From NCBI GenBank assembly GCA_051362555.1, contig CM120642.1, forward strand, positions 22,444,001 to 22,508,000: DNA of 64,000 nt, in the 5' to 3' direction. A model generated the notes under the pieces. It had not been told where the DNA came from and did no database searches. It saw only the letters and a list, made by a program, of their open reading frames with translations. The stretch is from Lingula anatina. Its lineage: Eukaryota; Animalia; Brachiopoda. The number at the start of each line of letters is the position of its first letter. Position 1 is the stretch's first letter. The position numbers and the translations under genes are program-made. This document shows positions 40,001 to 54,000 of the stretch, in pieces.

Positions 40001-43000
40001 ATTATATTTTTATCTTTGGAGCAAGGTCATACTTTTTATGTAAATTTTCATTTTTAAAAATTATTATTGAAGCACTCATTTCAGGTGGATGATATCTGTT
40101 TTTATTCATTTCCATTTCTCATTCAAAGAAAATCAGATTGCTTAAAGATAATAATATATATTTTATTGTAATTTTGAAAATTAAAAAAAAAATAAAGCAC
40201 CAATAAAAAATGCACTGTAGAGCCTTTCATTAGACTAAAAACGTCTTGCACAAATACATATACAGTGGCAGATTTATGCATTTAGTTTTCTTGAATCTGC
40301 ACTTTCATAACAGGCTATCAGTGTGTCGATGGTACTGGTTTCCTCATCTGCTTTCTGAATATATCTCCAGACAGCTTCTTCCTGACCAGGTGACAAACAG
40401 TTCAGAACCAAGTTGATGCCTTCTCTTGCTTTCTGTTTGTAATACCTTCTCGTTCTTGGGGCAGCAGTGTCATAGCTAGACTTAAGTTGACCTATGGCTG
40501 GTTCAAACCCACCACGAACAAAAAAATTATTCAAATTCCCCAGGTCCTGATTCTTTACAGGTGTAGAGACCCAAAAAGCTTCAAAGTCTGTCCTCCCACT
40601 ACTTTGTGAGCTGCCACTGCTGCTGCTGCTGCCTGACACTGGCATGTCTAACCTTGCACGCTGAAAAAAGAGGATCTTCAGTTATTGTAACCTTAATAAT
40701 GGGAGAGGTGAAAAAAGTATTAGTGTACCTCAACAAAAGAATCTTTTCATATCAAATCTTCAATAAACCATCTATTGGTCACTAGCCACAAAGTCCTGAT
40801 TTACAAATAAACTCGGTACTTTAACAATGTAAAAACAAACTGAGTGATTTACAAAATCTCTACTTCAATATGAGAAGAACTGGAGAAGTGGAGGAACTGC
40901 TACATATTTATATCAGTAGTGTGCACCTTATTAATTACAGTATTGCTAAAACTATGCATGGAAATGATATTTTAACTTACTTCAGTTTCTTCTTCGGCTG
41001 AAGAAAGTTTAGACATAGAAGCTACAGTTGTATCTTTAGTTGCTGTATATTTCTCATGGTGACAAGGGGGCCGTAGCAATAGTCCGAATGTTCGCTATAG
41101 AACCTTCGGACCAATGAACCCTTGATTCCTTCGGACCAATGAACCTTCAGACTATCGAGACGCCCCTGTGACGAGCACTCTTTCTCTTTACACCTTTTAC
41201 AAAGAGCTGAAAAAAGAATGGTATCACCTTTCAACTAAGTATCAGCCAAATATACTACTTAAATTTCTACAATATTAATAAAAATTGTTTCATAATATAT
41301 GTGCACAAAAAATCATTGAATACATGCAAGTGAGTTACTCTAATATAAATGTTCCATTTCTCAATAATTTCGTATAAAAAATATGCTAAACGATCTCCTA
41401 TCATTGTATAGTGTAGATATAAACTGGGTCAGTTATAAAATTTGTTATGGTTTTTCCATTGTTGGTAAACTACAATTAGCTGATATAGCCATTATACTTA
41501 CATGACCCTACTGGGACCAACACACCAAAATCTAGTTTCAGCTCCTTGGAAATCTCGACGCCAATTGCTTGGTAAGAAGAGGGTTTCCCTTTGAGAAGTG
41601 GGTGCTGGCACTTTTTGGACGTAGTCCAGTTCGTCCCTAAACGAAACCTGTGTGCTGGACATATAGTTTAGTCGAGTAGTTCACTCTCGGGGTCAAAGTC
41701 GAAATGGCCGAGCCTTTGAAGAATAAGCTCCTTTTTATCTGTAGCTTGTTTCTGGACATGAAGCACTTTCAGGTTTTTAAGTGGTTTTTAACGTCTCTGG
41801 TACACTCCCTAAGCAAAACACAGCTCGTGTGGCATTTGTATGGAATACTGAGTCCGCACGGTATATTTTCTGCACCAGGAATATTCGCTATCTCACATCT
41901 AAGTCTCCTTCCGCCATGTTGTGCACATTTTGGGGTCAATGACGCAGAGTCGTAAACGATAGTTTTGAAATATTTTCTTTATCCTCTAATCGTTACAATA
42001 ACCTTAATAAAACTTTAAGAATATTTTCTATTATATTAATATAAACAAAAAGTACGATTTATAAAAATGAGACGCATTTGAACGGCACTGTGGACCGGAA
42101 TCCCTGTATAACTCACCACTCATACCCCTCATTTCCGACGTCCACTCCTACATATTCTGACGAGGTGCAGTATTTTTTATTGCATAATCACAAAGATCAA
42201 TGCCTTAACTTATCAGAAATTGTCTAAATTTATTCAAATTCGACGCCGTGTTAGGCTAAATTTACCAATCGGCGAGTGCTGATTTTTGACCTTGATTTTG
42301 TACCCTCTTTTCACGGGCCGAATTCGTTACTATAGCAACGTGATTGACATTTTAGTCACACATCACCCAAAAGGTCTTGGCATGGATCCTTAGAAAAAGT
42401 GAATAGTTAAAGCTGAAATGTTAAATCCTTCATGGAATTCTCAAGCAAACTTCCACTACTTTTGTTACGATATTTTGTGTAGTCAGGACCCCCAAATTTC
42501 AGATGGCAATATCTATTTTTTCCAGAATTTTCAGAATTTTTTTAAAGTGTGTTTTCAACATCTTTTGTAACAGTTATCAAACTCAGAAAATTTGGGTTGA
42601 ATCTGTTGACCCCCACCTTGCCACATTTTGGCTGATTTGGTTGATTCTCTCGTGAAATGGCACTTAAGACAGCTCAACTATGTAGAGCACTTATACACAA
42701 TTAAAAATAAACCCCGAGACATGTCTAAACCTCTACTCTTCATGGACATACCCAATGGGTATGTCTGATCGTCAGGTGTTTATTCATTTTTTTTTTAAAT
42801 AAACACTGTTTATTTTTTGTTTCGTTTCGTTTGTTTGTGTTGTTTATCTTGTTTGCTTTGTGTTGCAGTGTTTCCCCTGCACTTAAATGAGCGAGGCGCC
42901 CGCCTCGATGATATTTGCAAGCGCCTCGCTGAAATTTGTCAAAAGCACCGCCTCGCTGGACTATATGGAACAACAAAGTATATTTTCACTCATGTTAACT

Positions 43001-46000
43001 GAAAATTATATTTATTTCTAAGCAAATATGGCATTTTCTGTTTACATACGTAATCCCATTGCTTCTGAGCACTTGATTTAGTAGTAACGGAAAGACGCAT
43101 GCGCGTATGCCTAAAAATAACCAGCAGTTACTATCTCCCTGTGAGTGCCTCGTTTTCGCAGTTCTGTGCCTTATTTGAAGTATAAGAAACAGAGCGAAAC
43201 GAGGCAACTGTTCTTGACACCATTTAATCACGTGTCAAGAATACACTTTCTCTATCACTTCATGTTCCGAAATTCAGACCGCCTGTTGTTTGTTTTTATA
43301 GTTTACGAATATTCACTGATAAAAAAGGAGCAAATAAAGTGGACTTCGTTGATTTTAAAAACTTGGAGAAGATTTTCTATTGATTTACGGGTGAGTTTTG
43401 TGAAAGCAGTAGCGTTGTAAAACTGGGTCACGTCAGTATTTCGCGTGGAAACCTATGCATTGAATATGAATTTCCATGACTGGATAGAACCATATAAATG
43501 AATAAACGAAGAACTAAAATTGATGATAAGTGTGATTTTCATCTCTTTAATTCCGAAGAATTCATTTAACGGTGTTTGAAGTTGATTATAAATTACATCT
43601 CAAACTACCTGTACGTATAACTAGTAGCGGGAGTCGCTTTGCGCTGAACGACAAGAGAGAGAACTTTTGCGGCAGTTTTATATTAGGATGAAGCACTCCC
43701 ACACGCAAAGTCAATTGACCAGTTACTTTCACAAGAATGTGAAAACGGTAAAAACAACATATTTTATCAACTTTTTGGTCAATTTAAAAATAATTCAATG
43801 TAGTAAGCCCTTTTTCTCGTTTCTTGTAAGTATTAAAGTAGTTAACTTTTTTTTTTTTTTTTTTGAAAGAGTATGTTCTATAAACTGAAAAGGACTAAAC
43901 ATAGTGAATGCACAGACTGGAAAATAAATTTTGTCCAAACCTTTGTTATGTCATTACTGAATTTACTCCTCAAAACATCTAAAACAAGATAATTCAGTGC
44001 CACATAAAATGTAAAAAAATCAGTTCTAAATACCCTAAAATGCACCACGATTTAAAAAATTTTCCGGGGGGGCATGCCCCCGGGCCCCCCTAGTATTGCT
44101 GGGATCGCGGACTGCCTACCACCTCGCAGAGCTTGAAAGCCAGGGGAAACACTGTGTTGTCTCGTCTTGTGAGTGGCGCCCTCATATGTTGGATGATTGG
44201 TGTTCTTTTGAGTGGTAATTAAAGGTCACCATGTATTGTCATGGTTGGAACACGCCTAGTACTGTATGCTAAAGAGTGGAGGCAGCACTGTTATGTATGT
44301 ATTTTAGTTATTTAATGTATGTGTTTTATTGTAATTTCTTCATTGTGAAATTTGTATTAAGTTGAAATTTATATGTGTTTATTCCTTTACTTTCATTTGT
44401 TTCAATTATATTTCAGTTCACCGTTACCATATTGTGTCTAGACAAGTGTAAATAAATGTTTATTCCTCCACCAGATTTTTGTTTTGACATTCACTACAAA
44501 CACCTCCTAGTGATTAGACATATCCATTGATTTAGCCATGTCTTGGGTTTATTTATTTATTCTTTTTAGATAGATAGATACTTGCAAATATTGAGGGTCA
44601 AGAGGACCTCCACTACAAGAAATCGGCAGGTCCTCCCAAATCTGAACAGGTCCAAAGTACAATTTCCAAAAAACTATGTTTATAAGTGATTTGTTACTAT
44701 GTATAACATTTTCAGATAAACCTTTCCAGTCGTAAGTACCTGCGATATCAAATCTTGCCAGTACTCTGGCATTTCAAGAAGTCATGACTGGTGGGACAGG
44801 CAGTTTCCCTTCCATGGGCTAATGAATACTTACCCCTTTTCAAACCAAGACATAATGGTTGGCTGATTGATGGGCACTTTCTTCTCCTTTTTAGATTTCC
44901 TCAAAGGTGCTGTAAAGATGATTTTTAAATGACCATGAACCTTAAGTTTACTGTCATTCCCTCTGTTAACATAATGTGACACTTAAAACTGCATTCCCTT
45001 CACATGTGACAAGCCATTTATTTTCAATTCAATCAGCCACAGTAATTTGCTAAACAATTCTTCGTTGACAAAGCCACATCTACCATTTTCACTAGCTGAA
45101 CATAAAAAAGGCAGTAAAACTGTCAAATGTACAGACAGAAAACAGAATATAACAAGAGCAGTACAACGTAATGCTGAACAGAAGTAATATCATTCACTTT
45201 TAAATATATGATACTGTTAATGTGTATTGCATTGTGAAAAAATAACTGTCCCATGGGAGTTCAAAGTCATACCTTGATAAAAAAAAAAAAAACGTGTGAA
45301 AAATGAATAACTTGCATTAAAAAAACTGAAAAACTCACAGAAAAAGGGCTACTAGCACAGGGGTGTAAATGTTGCTCTCCCAGTTTCCCATAGGAAATCT
45401 ATTGCGAGCTCAAGAATTTTATGAGAATTCTCACTTTCCTGTCCAGTCAATCGTTAAGAAAGTCAAAGAAATGCATAATCCTGTTGGGAAATTGCTATTA
45501 AAGGTCACTATCCCAAAGAACTGTAACCTATGGTAATACTCATTTCCTGACTCCGAGTTGCACGATGCATGTTGTCAAATATATATATTGAACCATATCC
45601 TACAATGCAAGTTACACAGAATTACACCTTGGAGGAATATACATACGCCGAAACTATGAACACCCTATAGTTTATGAAGAGCCAACTTGAAATTCAAGAG
45701 TTGTCAATCACTCTGTTTTCTACCAAAGCCCGCCAGGTGGATAAGCGCAGCCTTAATGGTTACTACATCATGTCAAGACTCAACGTTTCCAATTATGGCA
45801 AAATGGCTTAGTTAATGTAATGAGCAATTTTATTTCAAGTTTACTTTACCATAAAATAATAATCAAATTACCACCTTTGTATAGTTTTTGTGCCACCAGT
45901 GAGATTAACCTCATTCATGTTTAATAGTAACTATAGATGGACCATTTTTAAAATTGTGGAGAAATAGGGTTTTGTAAATATGCAAAGTTCAGTTCAAGGC

Positions 46001-46650
46001 AAAAAGCAGGTCAAAAGTCAACTTCAAAGTCACAGTTAGTTAGCCCATATATGATTTCCTATTCAAGTTCAAGTAGCTATGGGAGTATCTCTGCTTGTTT
46101 TGAAGTACTTCACCTTTTTATTTTCACCACTGAACATTGTGACATACTTTTTGATATAGTGCAACTCCTAACCATATGGAAAACAAAAAGGTATCAGCTT
46201 CAGTGTTGGGCTTCACAAGCTCTACAAATTGCAACAAACAGGAGGTCTCCATCATTTACGGTTCCAGATTTTGAGAGAATGTTCAGTTTGGGCATCTAAT
46301 TTTTTCTTCTCCATTGAAAATGCACAAATTGACCCTAAACTCATGAAGATGAAAACAGACCATAAGTATAACTCCTCACTATAATATGAAAGCTTAGGTC
46401 TTAGTTTCCAAAAACTGGCAAAATTTTTTTTAAAGAAAATTCCCATATTTAAAAAAATTTAACCCGTTTGACCATGAAACAAAGGTCAAAGGCCATATCT
46501 AAGGACATCTCTCCACGTGGTTTTTGATAAGATAAATAAAAATCTGCCTAGGGGAGATTGAAATTTCAAAGTCGCCTAGGCGAGATAGCAATTCAAATCT
46601 CTCCTAGGCAGATTTAAAATCTGGCTGGATTTCAATTGCCATGTATGGAG

Positions 46651-46704
<54 letters not shown>

Positions 46705-48013
46705 ATTACACAAAATCAGGGAAAGCAAGATTTTTAGAACATTTTGACCCCTGTAAGCTGTTTGAGGATAATAAGTCACATTTCTGTTTTCATAGTTAAT
46801 ACTTTCAGTTATTATCTTTTCTTTTAGCAGAAGGACACAGTCACATCCTCTTTTTTTTTTTTAATTTAGCTCTCCAATGGGCATGCACAAAATTCATTAC
46901 TTTAAAATATTTTTGCTTTTTAAGTGGAGAAATAAAGCTTTCAATAAAAAAATACATACCTTCAATTTCTTCCCTTAGGTCTTTGCTTGTCTCTTGCTTT
47001 CTTTCCTTCTTGGAGTCCAAATCTTCAACTTCCATTTCATTTTCCTACAAGTTAAAGATACATTGCTTACAATAAGGTTTGAGAGTATTTGTGTGAGTAC
47101 AGGTAAGCATTAGCAGGAAATTTCAAAACTAAAATATATTGGGCAAAACCTTTTTCCTTCACCGTGTTTAATAATTGGTTTTCAATGTGATATGGCATCA
47201 GAAAAAACCTTGAATTGTACTAAATACAGAAGATATCAGGAAAATTATTATATTAGAAGCCTTTAGTACTGTAGCTAATGTGCATTGATGGAAGTTAGGA
47301 ACCTGGGCGAAAGGCTAAAATTACTAAATAAAAATAAATTATAATGTCTGGCTGTTTTCAGGCACACTTGCAGCGTGACTTTATTTTTTTACTCTGTTGA
47401 TCCATCCTCTATTTTGATGGTCTTCCAAAAGAAAAAATAATGGATACCAGTCAATATAAACTTAATAACCTGACCGTCTTCCGGAAGACCCAGAAGATGG
47501 TCTCAATCCACCCCTTCAGTAAGATTACAGTTTCAGGACCATGAGAGTTCAAATTCTCATGATGAAAGTCTCAATATTTGAAAAATGATGACAGTGCATA
47601 AAATAATATTACATAATGTTTAAAGACATAAAAAACAATACAACTGCTTATGTGGAAATATAGTAAATGTGCAGAGCCTCAGGCAGATGAGAGTTAAAAG
47701 TCACAAATGCCCGTGTTTGAGAAAAAATTAAAAAGGAAAACATAACAAAACTAGAAAAGCACTCCAAGAGCGCAGACCTCTGCCAAGACAGCAATTGTTG
47801 ATTATTATTGATTGATTATTGATCCGGACCACCACCAAAAACTTATCATTGTCTTCCTTGCCCACTTCTGACAGTTCCTGAAAATTTCATCAAAATCGGT
47901 CCGTAACTTTTTGAGTTATGTTGATGACAGACAAACAGGGGTGAAAACATAACCTCCTTGGCAGAGGTAAATATAATTCCAATGATGCTGCCATTCAAAC
48001 TTTTAATCTTTTT

Positions 48014-48098
<85 letters not shown>

Positions 48099-51000
48099 AG
48101 ACTACCAATATATATATTAAAAACTTGTTTGCAATATTAAACAAAATTTACCTGCATAATTATCACTGCTTACTTATTATTAATCTAGCAGAGAGCTTAA
48201 CCTTTGGGAGTTTACAGGGAAATATCAACAAGTGTGCTTTATGTAATCTCATTTAATGGCCTATTAATGACTTTATAACTCTGAACTTAACTAAGTGATA
48301 CCCAAGGGAAATTTACAGACTGACCCTCTCAAAGATCTTTCAGGCCCATAAGTCACATCTTAAGAAAAGCACATAACAATAATGCACAAAATAGGAGACT
48401 ACCAATTCTGATGCAATAATATATTATGTTTAACTGCACAGTCAACATCAAATTTTAATTATGCACAACAGGTAACACCAACGAAAGTAAAAGCATAAGG
48501 CTTCAGGCCCATCAGAGTTCAAGTTTATACTTTGAAAGTGCCAGAATGAGAAAAATGAAAATTTCACACAAAATTGCATGAATTCATTGATAAAAGATAA
48601 CCCAATTGAGCTGGCTTTCTAATTTGAACTGCATGCCAATCCTAAAAATCATACTTGTAAGTTAAAAACAAGGCAGCAAAGCTGTCAAATGTACGACAAA
48701 AAGCAGACAATAACAATGCACAAAACAGGCTACTGTCAATTCTGATGCAAAAGTACATTATGCTTAACTGCAAATTCAACATCAAATTTTAATTATGCTC
48801 AACAGGTAATACCAATGTAAGTGAAATGTGTAACAAGCGTAAGGCTTCAGGCCCATGGGAGTTTAAGTTCACACTTTGAAAATGCCAGAATGAGAAAAAT
48901 GAAAATTTCACATAAAACTGCTTAAATTCAATAATAAATGATAACCCATTTGAGCTGGCTTTCTAATTTGAACTGCATGCCAATCCTACAAATCATACTT
49001 GTAAGTTGAAAATAATAATAAGTAACATAGTTTTCTTTTCATAATGTTTGTAGTAGCAGTGCAAAAAGATTTTTGTCAATTTTGATGTAACATTACAAAA
49101 TAAATTACAGAATAATTATCACCAATTTTTGATTATTGACTATAAATAGCATGGACATGTAGAAAATTTGATTACCATTTGGCTTCATGTCCATGGGAGC
49201 TTCGAGTCCCACTATGAATATGCCAACATGATAAAAATGAATATTTCACTAAAATGTATAACTTCCAGAAAAAGACTGCTTTTCCAACTCAGGCTGCATT
49301 TTTAGTTAGGCGGCTAAGCCAAAAAATTGTGCAAAAGTTGATAAAAGCATGAAACTTTCCACGATGAATGACCATTGGGTGTTTGTCAATTTTGGATCGG
49401 GGGGCAACTCCAAAATTCACAAGTACCCGGATGAGCAGCTTTCTTAAAATATGCTGACTTGGCATTTTATGTACATCCAGAATTCACGTAAACGAGCACT
49501 ACCGGCGTTAATTATGAACATGAATAAATTTGAGAAACGTACACTAACTGCTAACATCTATTACAGCAATGATGACGTCATGATGACGTCACTGGGTGAT
49601 ATTGCACAATACAAAATGACAAATATCGACTCACTCGCATATGCCAAATAGTCGAACCCTGCAATGATATTTCCTGTAAACATTCATTACAGAAATGCAT
49701 CCTTGAGGGCTAGAAAGGTTGAGTTGACTTGGTTTCTACTTCCGAGACTTTGAGCATTTTCAATATGGCCGTCAATTTTTAGAGAAAATAGAAAAACAAC
49801 CAAGAGTTGACAGATATAATTTATTTGTGGCTATTATGAACACATTTCCCGTCATAAGAACACAGTAGGATAAATGACTGCATACTAGCATGTTTCTGTT
49901 ATTGAAAAAAAATGGCCGCCAACGCATACAGCAGAGGATGAAGTATAGCAGTATAATCAGTCTATAACTTGTATAATTAGTCTAATTAAAACTTTTTATG
50001 CCTTCGATTTTTCTGTTCATTTGGATTTTTAATTAGCCATGATCCTTACCTATCATTATCAGCTTGTTTGACACTCAAAAATAAAAGGAATGAAATGAAA
50101 AAAAAGAAAGAATAATTTTCAAAGGAGGGGGTATAAATAAAAATATTTAAAAAATAGTATAAAAAATATTTTAAAAATCAATTACGGAGTTATTTTGGCA
50201 ATTTCTTTTTGGTGGGAGTCTGAACTGCTAGAGCACGTTTTAATGCAAAATAAACATTCAGTAGTCAGTTGTTACAATATCAACCATGTGAATAAATTTT
50301 GCTCTTGCAGGGCTAGACATTAGCATATTTCACTCAGTTGCGAATGAACGCATCCTAACCACCGGGTCTCCCGCTGACGATCTTCCACTAATGAGGCCCT
50401 TGAACAAATATTCAAATTGCCTTCTCTTTTTGCTCGGATCAATAACTATCTCCCGCTGACGATCTTCTGCTGACGAAGTCCCTAAAACAAATATGAAAAT
50501 TACCTTCTCGTCTCGCTCGGATCGCTACCGATATTCCGCTGACGATATGAAAATTGCCTCTTCATCTCGTTTGGATCGCCAAAGTCTAAATGACATTTGC
50601 TACGGACGCCGTACAATGAACTCGTACACGTTTTCCGTGGGATTTTTATGACATCGTAATTGGCTACGGGCAACGGCAATTACCTCTACAGTACATGCTT
50701 GTGCCGTGTCTTGTCGCTAAAGACTAGGTCCCAACTACGATTTGGACGCACGGTATTTAGGTTCCTTGCGTCCTGCTAGGACGTAGCTAGATCGCACGTA
50801 GCGGCTGTTGATTATGTCGAAAAGTTTCTGCGTGCTGTTTGCGTCCTCCAAAAGTCGCAAGATGGACGTGCTCCTCAAGCGCGAACTCCCATGTTTTGCC
50901 CATTTTTTGGCCGTAGACCACACGTAGCAGCCCGTACGTTCGGTTGGGACCTAGGCTTTATATGAGCTTAAGCCTGGGTCCCAACTCCACGCACGATTTT

Positions 51001-54000
51001 CAGGACGTACGGTTTTTTAGGTTCCTCTCGTCTGGCTGGGCCGTAGCTAGATCGCAGGGAAGAAATCAAGTAACTGGTGTTTGTAATTAGTGCGCAAGAA
51101 GAAAGTGCGGGGACAGTACATGTACCTGAGAAGCTCAGCCTCTGCACGTCAGAAGTATCTCTGCGCCCGACGGGCTTTAGCACGTGTCCCGCATCGTGCA
51201 CTACGTACGTTATGCGTACAAGGAGTACAGGCAACGCAAGGGCAACGCAAGTAGACGTTGGGCAGCCTTGGTTGTTGCTCGTCCTTTGGAAGGGAATCTT
51301 ACGTGTTGAGATGTTTTGGGGGAGGTATAAAAACAGGAGCATGTTTGAGAAGTTTATTATATCCGCAGCAGTGTTCAAAGATGGTGAGCCCAATCATACT
51401 TTGCTTGTCCCCGATCCCCCTCTTCCCTCTTGCTCTTTGCTGTCTTTTTAGGCATTTTTACAACTTGACATCAATTTTTTGGCCGTAGACCAGACGTAGA
51501 AGCCCGTATGTTGGATTGGGACCCAGACTAAAGGATATGTAGGGAAAATTCGCTTTGTCGGGTGAAAGTGATCATACCGAGTCCGTTCAGTCTCAGTGCA
51601 ATTGCAGCACGCCTTCCGTGTGGCTTTTCTTGGAGATAGACACGATGTCGGGACATATTCCTAGGATTTTTAGCACCCATGTGGTCAGAATAAAGAAGCA
51701 CAACTTCAAATTTGTGAATAACAATAGTTTTAAACACCTTTGCTATTGTTATGCCCCCTTAACCCACCAAAGGTAGAAGGAATCGAAGCCATCGAGCGCT
51801 GACGATCTGCCGCTGACGAAGTCCTTTGCACGGATATGAAAATTGCTTTCTCGTCTCCCTTGGATCGAAAACAACCTCTTGCTAACGGTATGGAAATTGC
51901 CTTGGCGTCTGGGTCCGACCGCTGCCAATCTTCCGCGAACAAAATCCCTTGAACCAATATGAAAATTGCCGTCTCGTCTCGCTTGGATTGCAAACGATCT
52001 CCCTCTGAAGATTTGTAAATTGGTTTCGCATCTTGCTCCGATGGCGAATCACCTACCGCCGACGATCTCCCGCAAACGAAATCCGTACTTGAACGAATAT
52101 GAAAATTACCTTCTCCTCTGTCAGCGCTGTCATGTGCTGCTTGAAGGTCTGATATGTTTCAGCTTTCATAATTTAACGGCAAGCTTGCTAAAAAATCTAA
52201 TAAAAGTTGGAAATGCCTAGCATTGGTCAGTAGCCTTATTTTTCAAACATTAAGGGGTTGCTTCTGACATATCAGAGATGTCTGGCTGGTTAAGGGAAGA
52301 AGAAATTTGACGAACATATTTCCTTTCCTCTTTGTAACATCTAGTTAACCAATCTGTTTTATAATGTTGCCTGCATTGACCACAGGCGTATTATTTTACT
52401 GACATACAATGTTTATGCAGATTTCATTCGTTTAAAATCTTTTTCAACTGAAAAACATAATTTACCATCTTTTTACCTGCCTTTTCCGTGCCATTTTGGT
52501 GGCTATTTTGCTATTTCTATTAAAATGACTTGCAGATTATGTGAAAGAAAACCCTAATAAACACCACCTCTGTATTTGTATAAACATGCAAATAGACTTT
52601 AAAATGAAGAATCTTCACGCACTGTATATAGTTTGATGTAAATTGCTATGAATACTTATGTAATTTTGCGTAAAAATTGGCAGCCATTTTGGGTTACGAA
52701 AAGTGCCAATGTCCCAGAAGTTAGTAAAGCCAAGCTAAGTTGACTTTTCTGACCAAAAAAGAGGCATTTCTTTTTCAAACAATTACAGAAAACAACATAG
52801 TATTGTTCAACTATGGGACCAATTAGATTGGTAACCTGCTACTTGGAGGGCTTACGCCCTCACCACACATAAGTTGAATAATTAAATATAATGGTTGTGT
52901 AGGAAAAAAGCTAACGAAAAATCACGATGAACGGAAAAATCAAAGAAGAAGATGCCGTTAATTAGACTGATGATACTAGAAATATGCTGATTTTGCTGAT
53001 TTACTTTACCCTTTGCCTCTACCCTATGTTTTGGCGGCCATTTTGTTTTTCTATCAGTAACAACGACGTGCTAGGATGTAGTCTTGTGCCCTACTGTGTT
53101 CTTCCGACATGAAACACATTCACAACAGCCACAAATAAAGTATATCCGTCGACTTCTGGTTGTTTTTCTGTTTTTCCTCAAAAATTGACGGCCATATTGA
53201 AAATGCTCAATGTCTCGGAAGTAGCAATCAAGCTAATTATACCTTTCTAACCCAAAAGGATGCACTTCTGTAATAAAAATTACGGAAAAGAAACATTACA
53301 GAGTTCGACTATTGTTCCTGTAGTAGAAAGTGGATATTTGTCATCCTAAATTGTGCAGTATCACCCAGTGACGTCATCGTGACGTCATCATTGCTCTCAT
53401 AGATGTGCACAGTGAGCGTACGTTTTTAAAATCTATTTATGGTATCATAATTAGTATTGTTAGTGCTCGTTTTGATGAAATCTGAATGTACATAAAATGC
53501 TGAGTCAGCATATTTAAGAAAGCGCCTCATCCGGGTACTTGTGAATTTTGGAGTTGCCCCCCGATCCAAAATTGACAAACACCTAAGGGTCATTCATTGT
53601 GGAAAGTTTCATGCTTTTATCAACTTTTGCACAATTCTGGATATAATTTGGACTTAACCGCCTGACTATTTAGTCCTTTGTTTCTTTTTTGAAAGTTTGA
53701 CAATCATAAGTAACATGGTTTTCCCATAATGGTCATCATGGCAGCAGCACCCAAAATTGTGTTTTCTTCTATTTTAATGCAATATTACATAATGCTTAAC
53801 AGCATAATGACCATCAGTTTTTAATAATAAAAGATCCGTATCGTGGATTTTCAGAAAATGTGACTAGCATGGGTCTTCAAGCCCGTGGAGGTTCTAATTA
53901 AGTCACACCTTGAAAATGCCAAAATGTGAAAAATTAAATTTCCACAAAAAACTGATTAACTGCCAAAAAAATTTACCAAATAGTCTGCATTGCCCACTGA

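Noticed and set aside
40274-40645. 123-aa ORF as a DNMT1 exon or independent host gene
   Set aside because: Lies inside the long-TIR element, resembles a transposase N-terminus and is truncated; DNMT1 exons 4 and 5 join in frame without it.
47470-47514. Candidate missing DNMT1 exon
   Set aside because: Weak splice sites, phase incompatible with flanking exons, no DNMT1 similarity.
50968-51451. 141-aa and 124-aa ORFs
   Set aside because: Lie within GC-richer MITE sequence with no recognisable protein motif.
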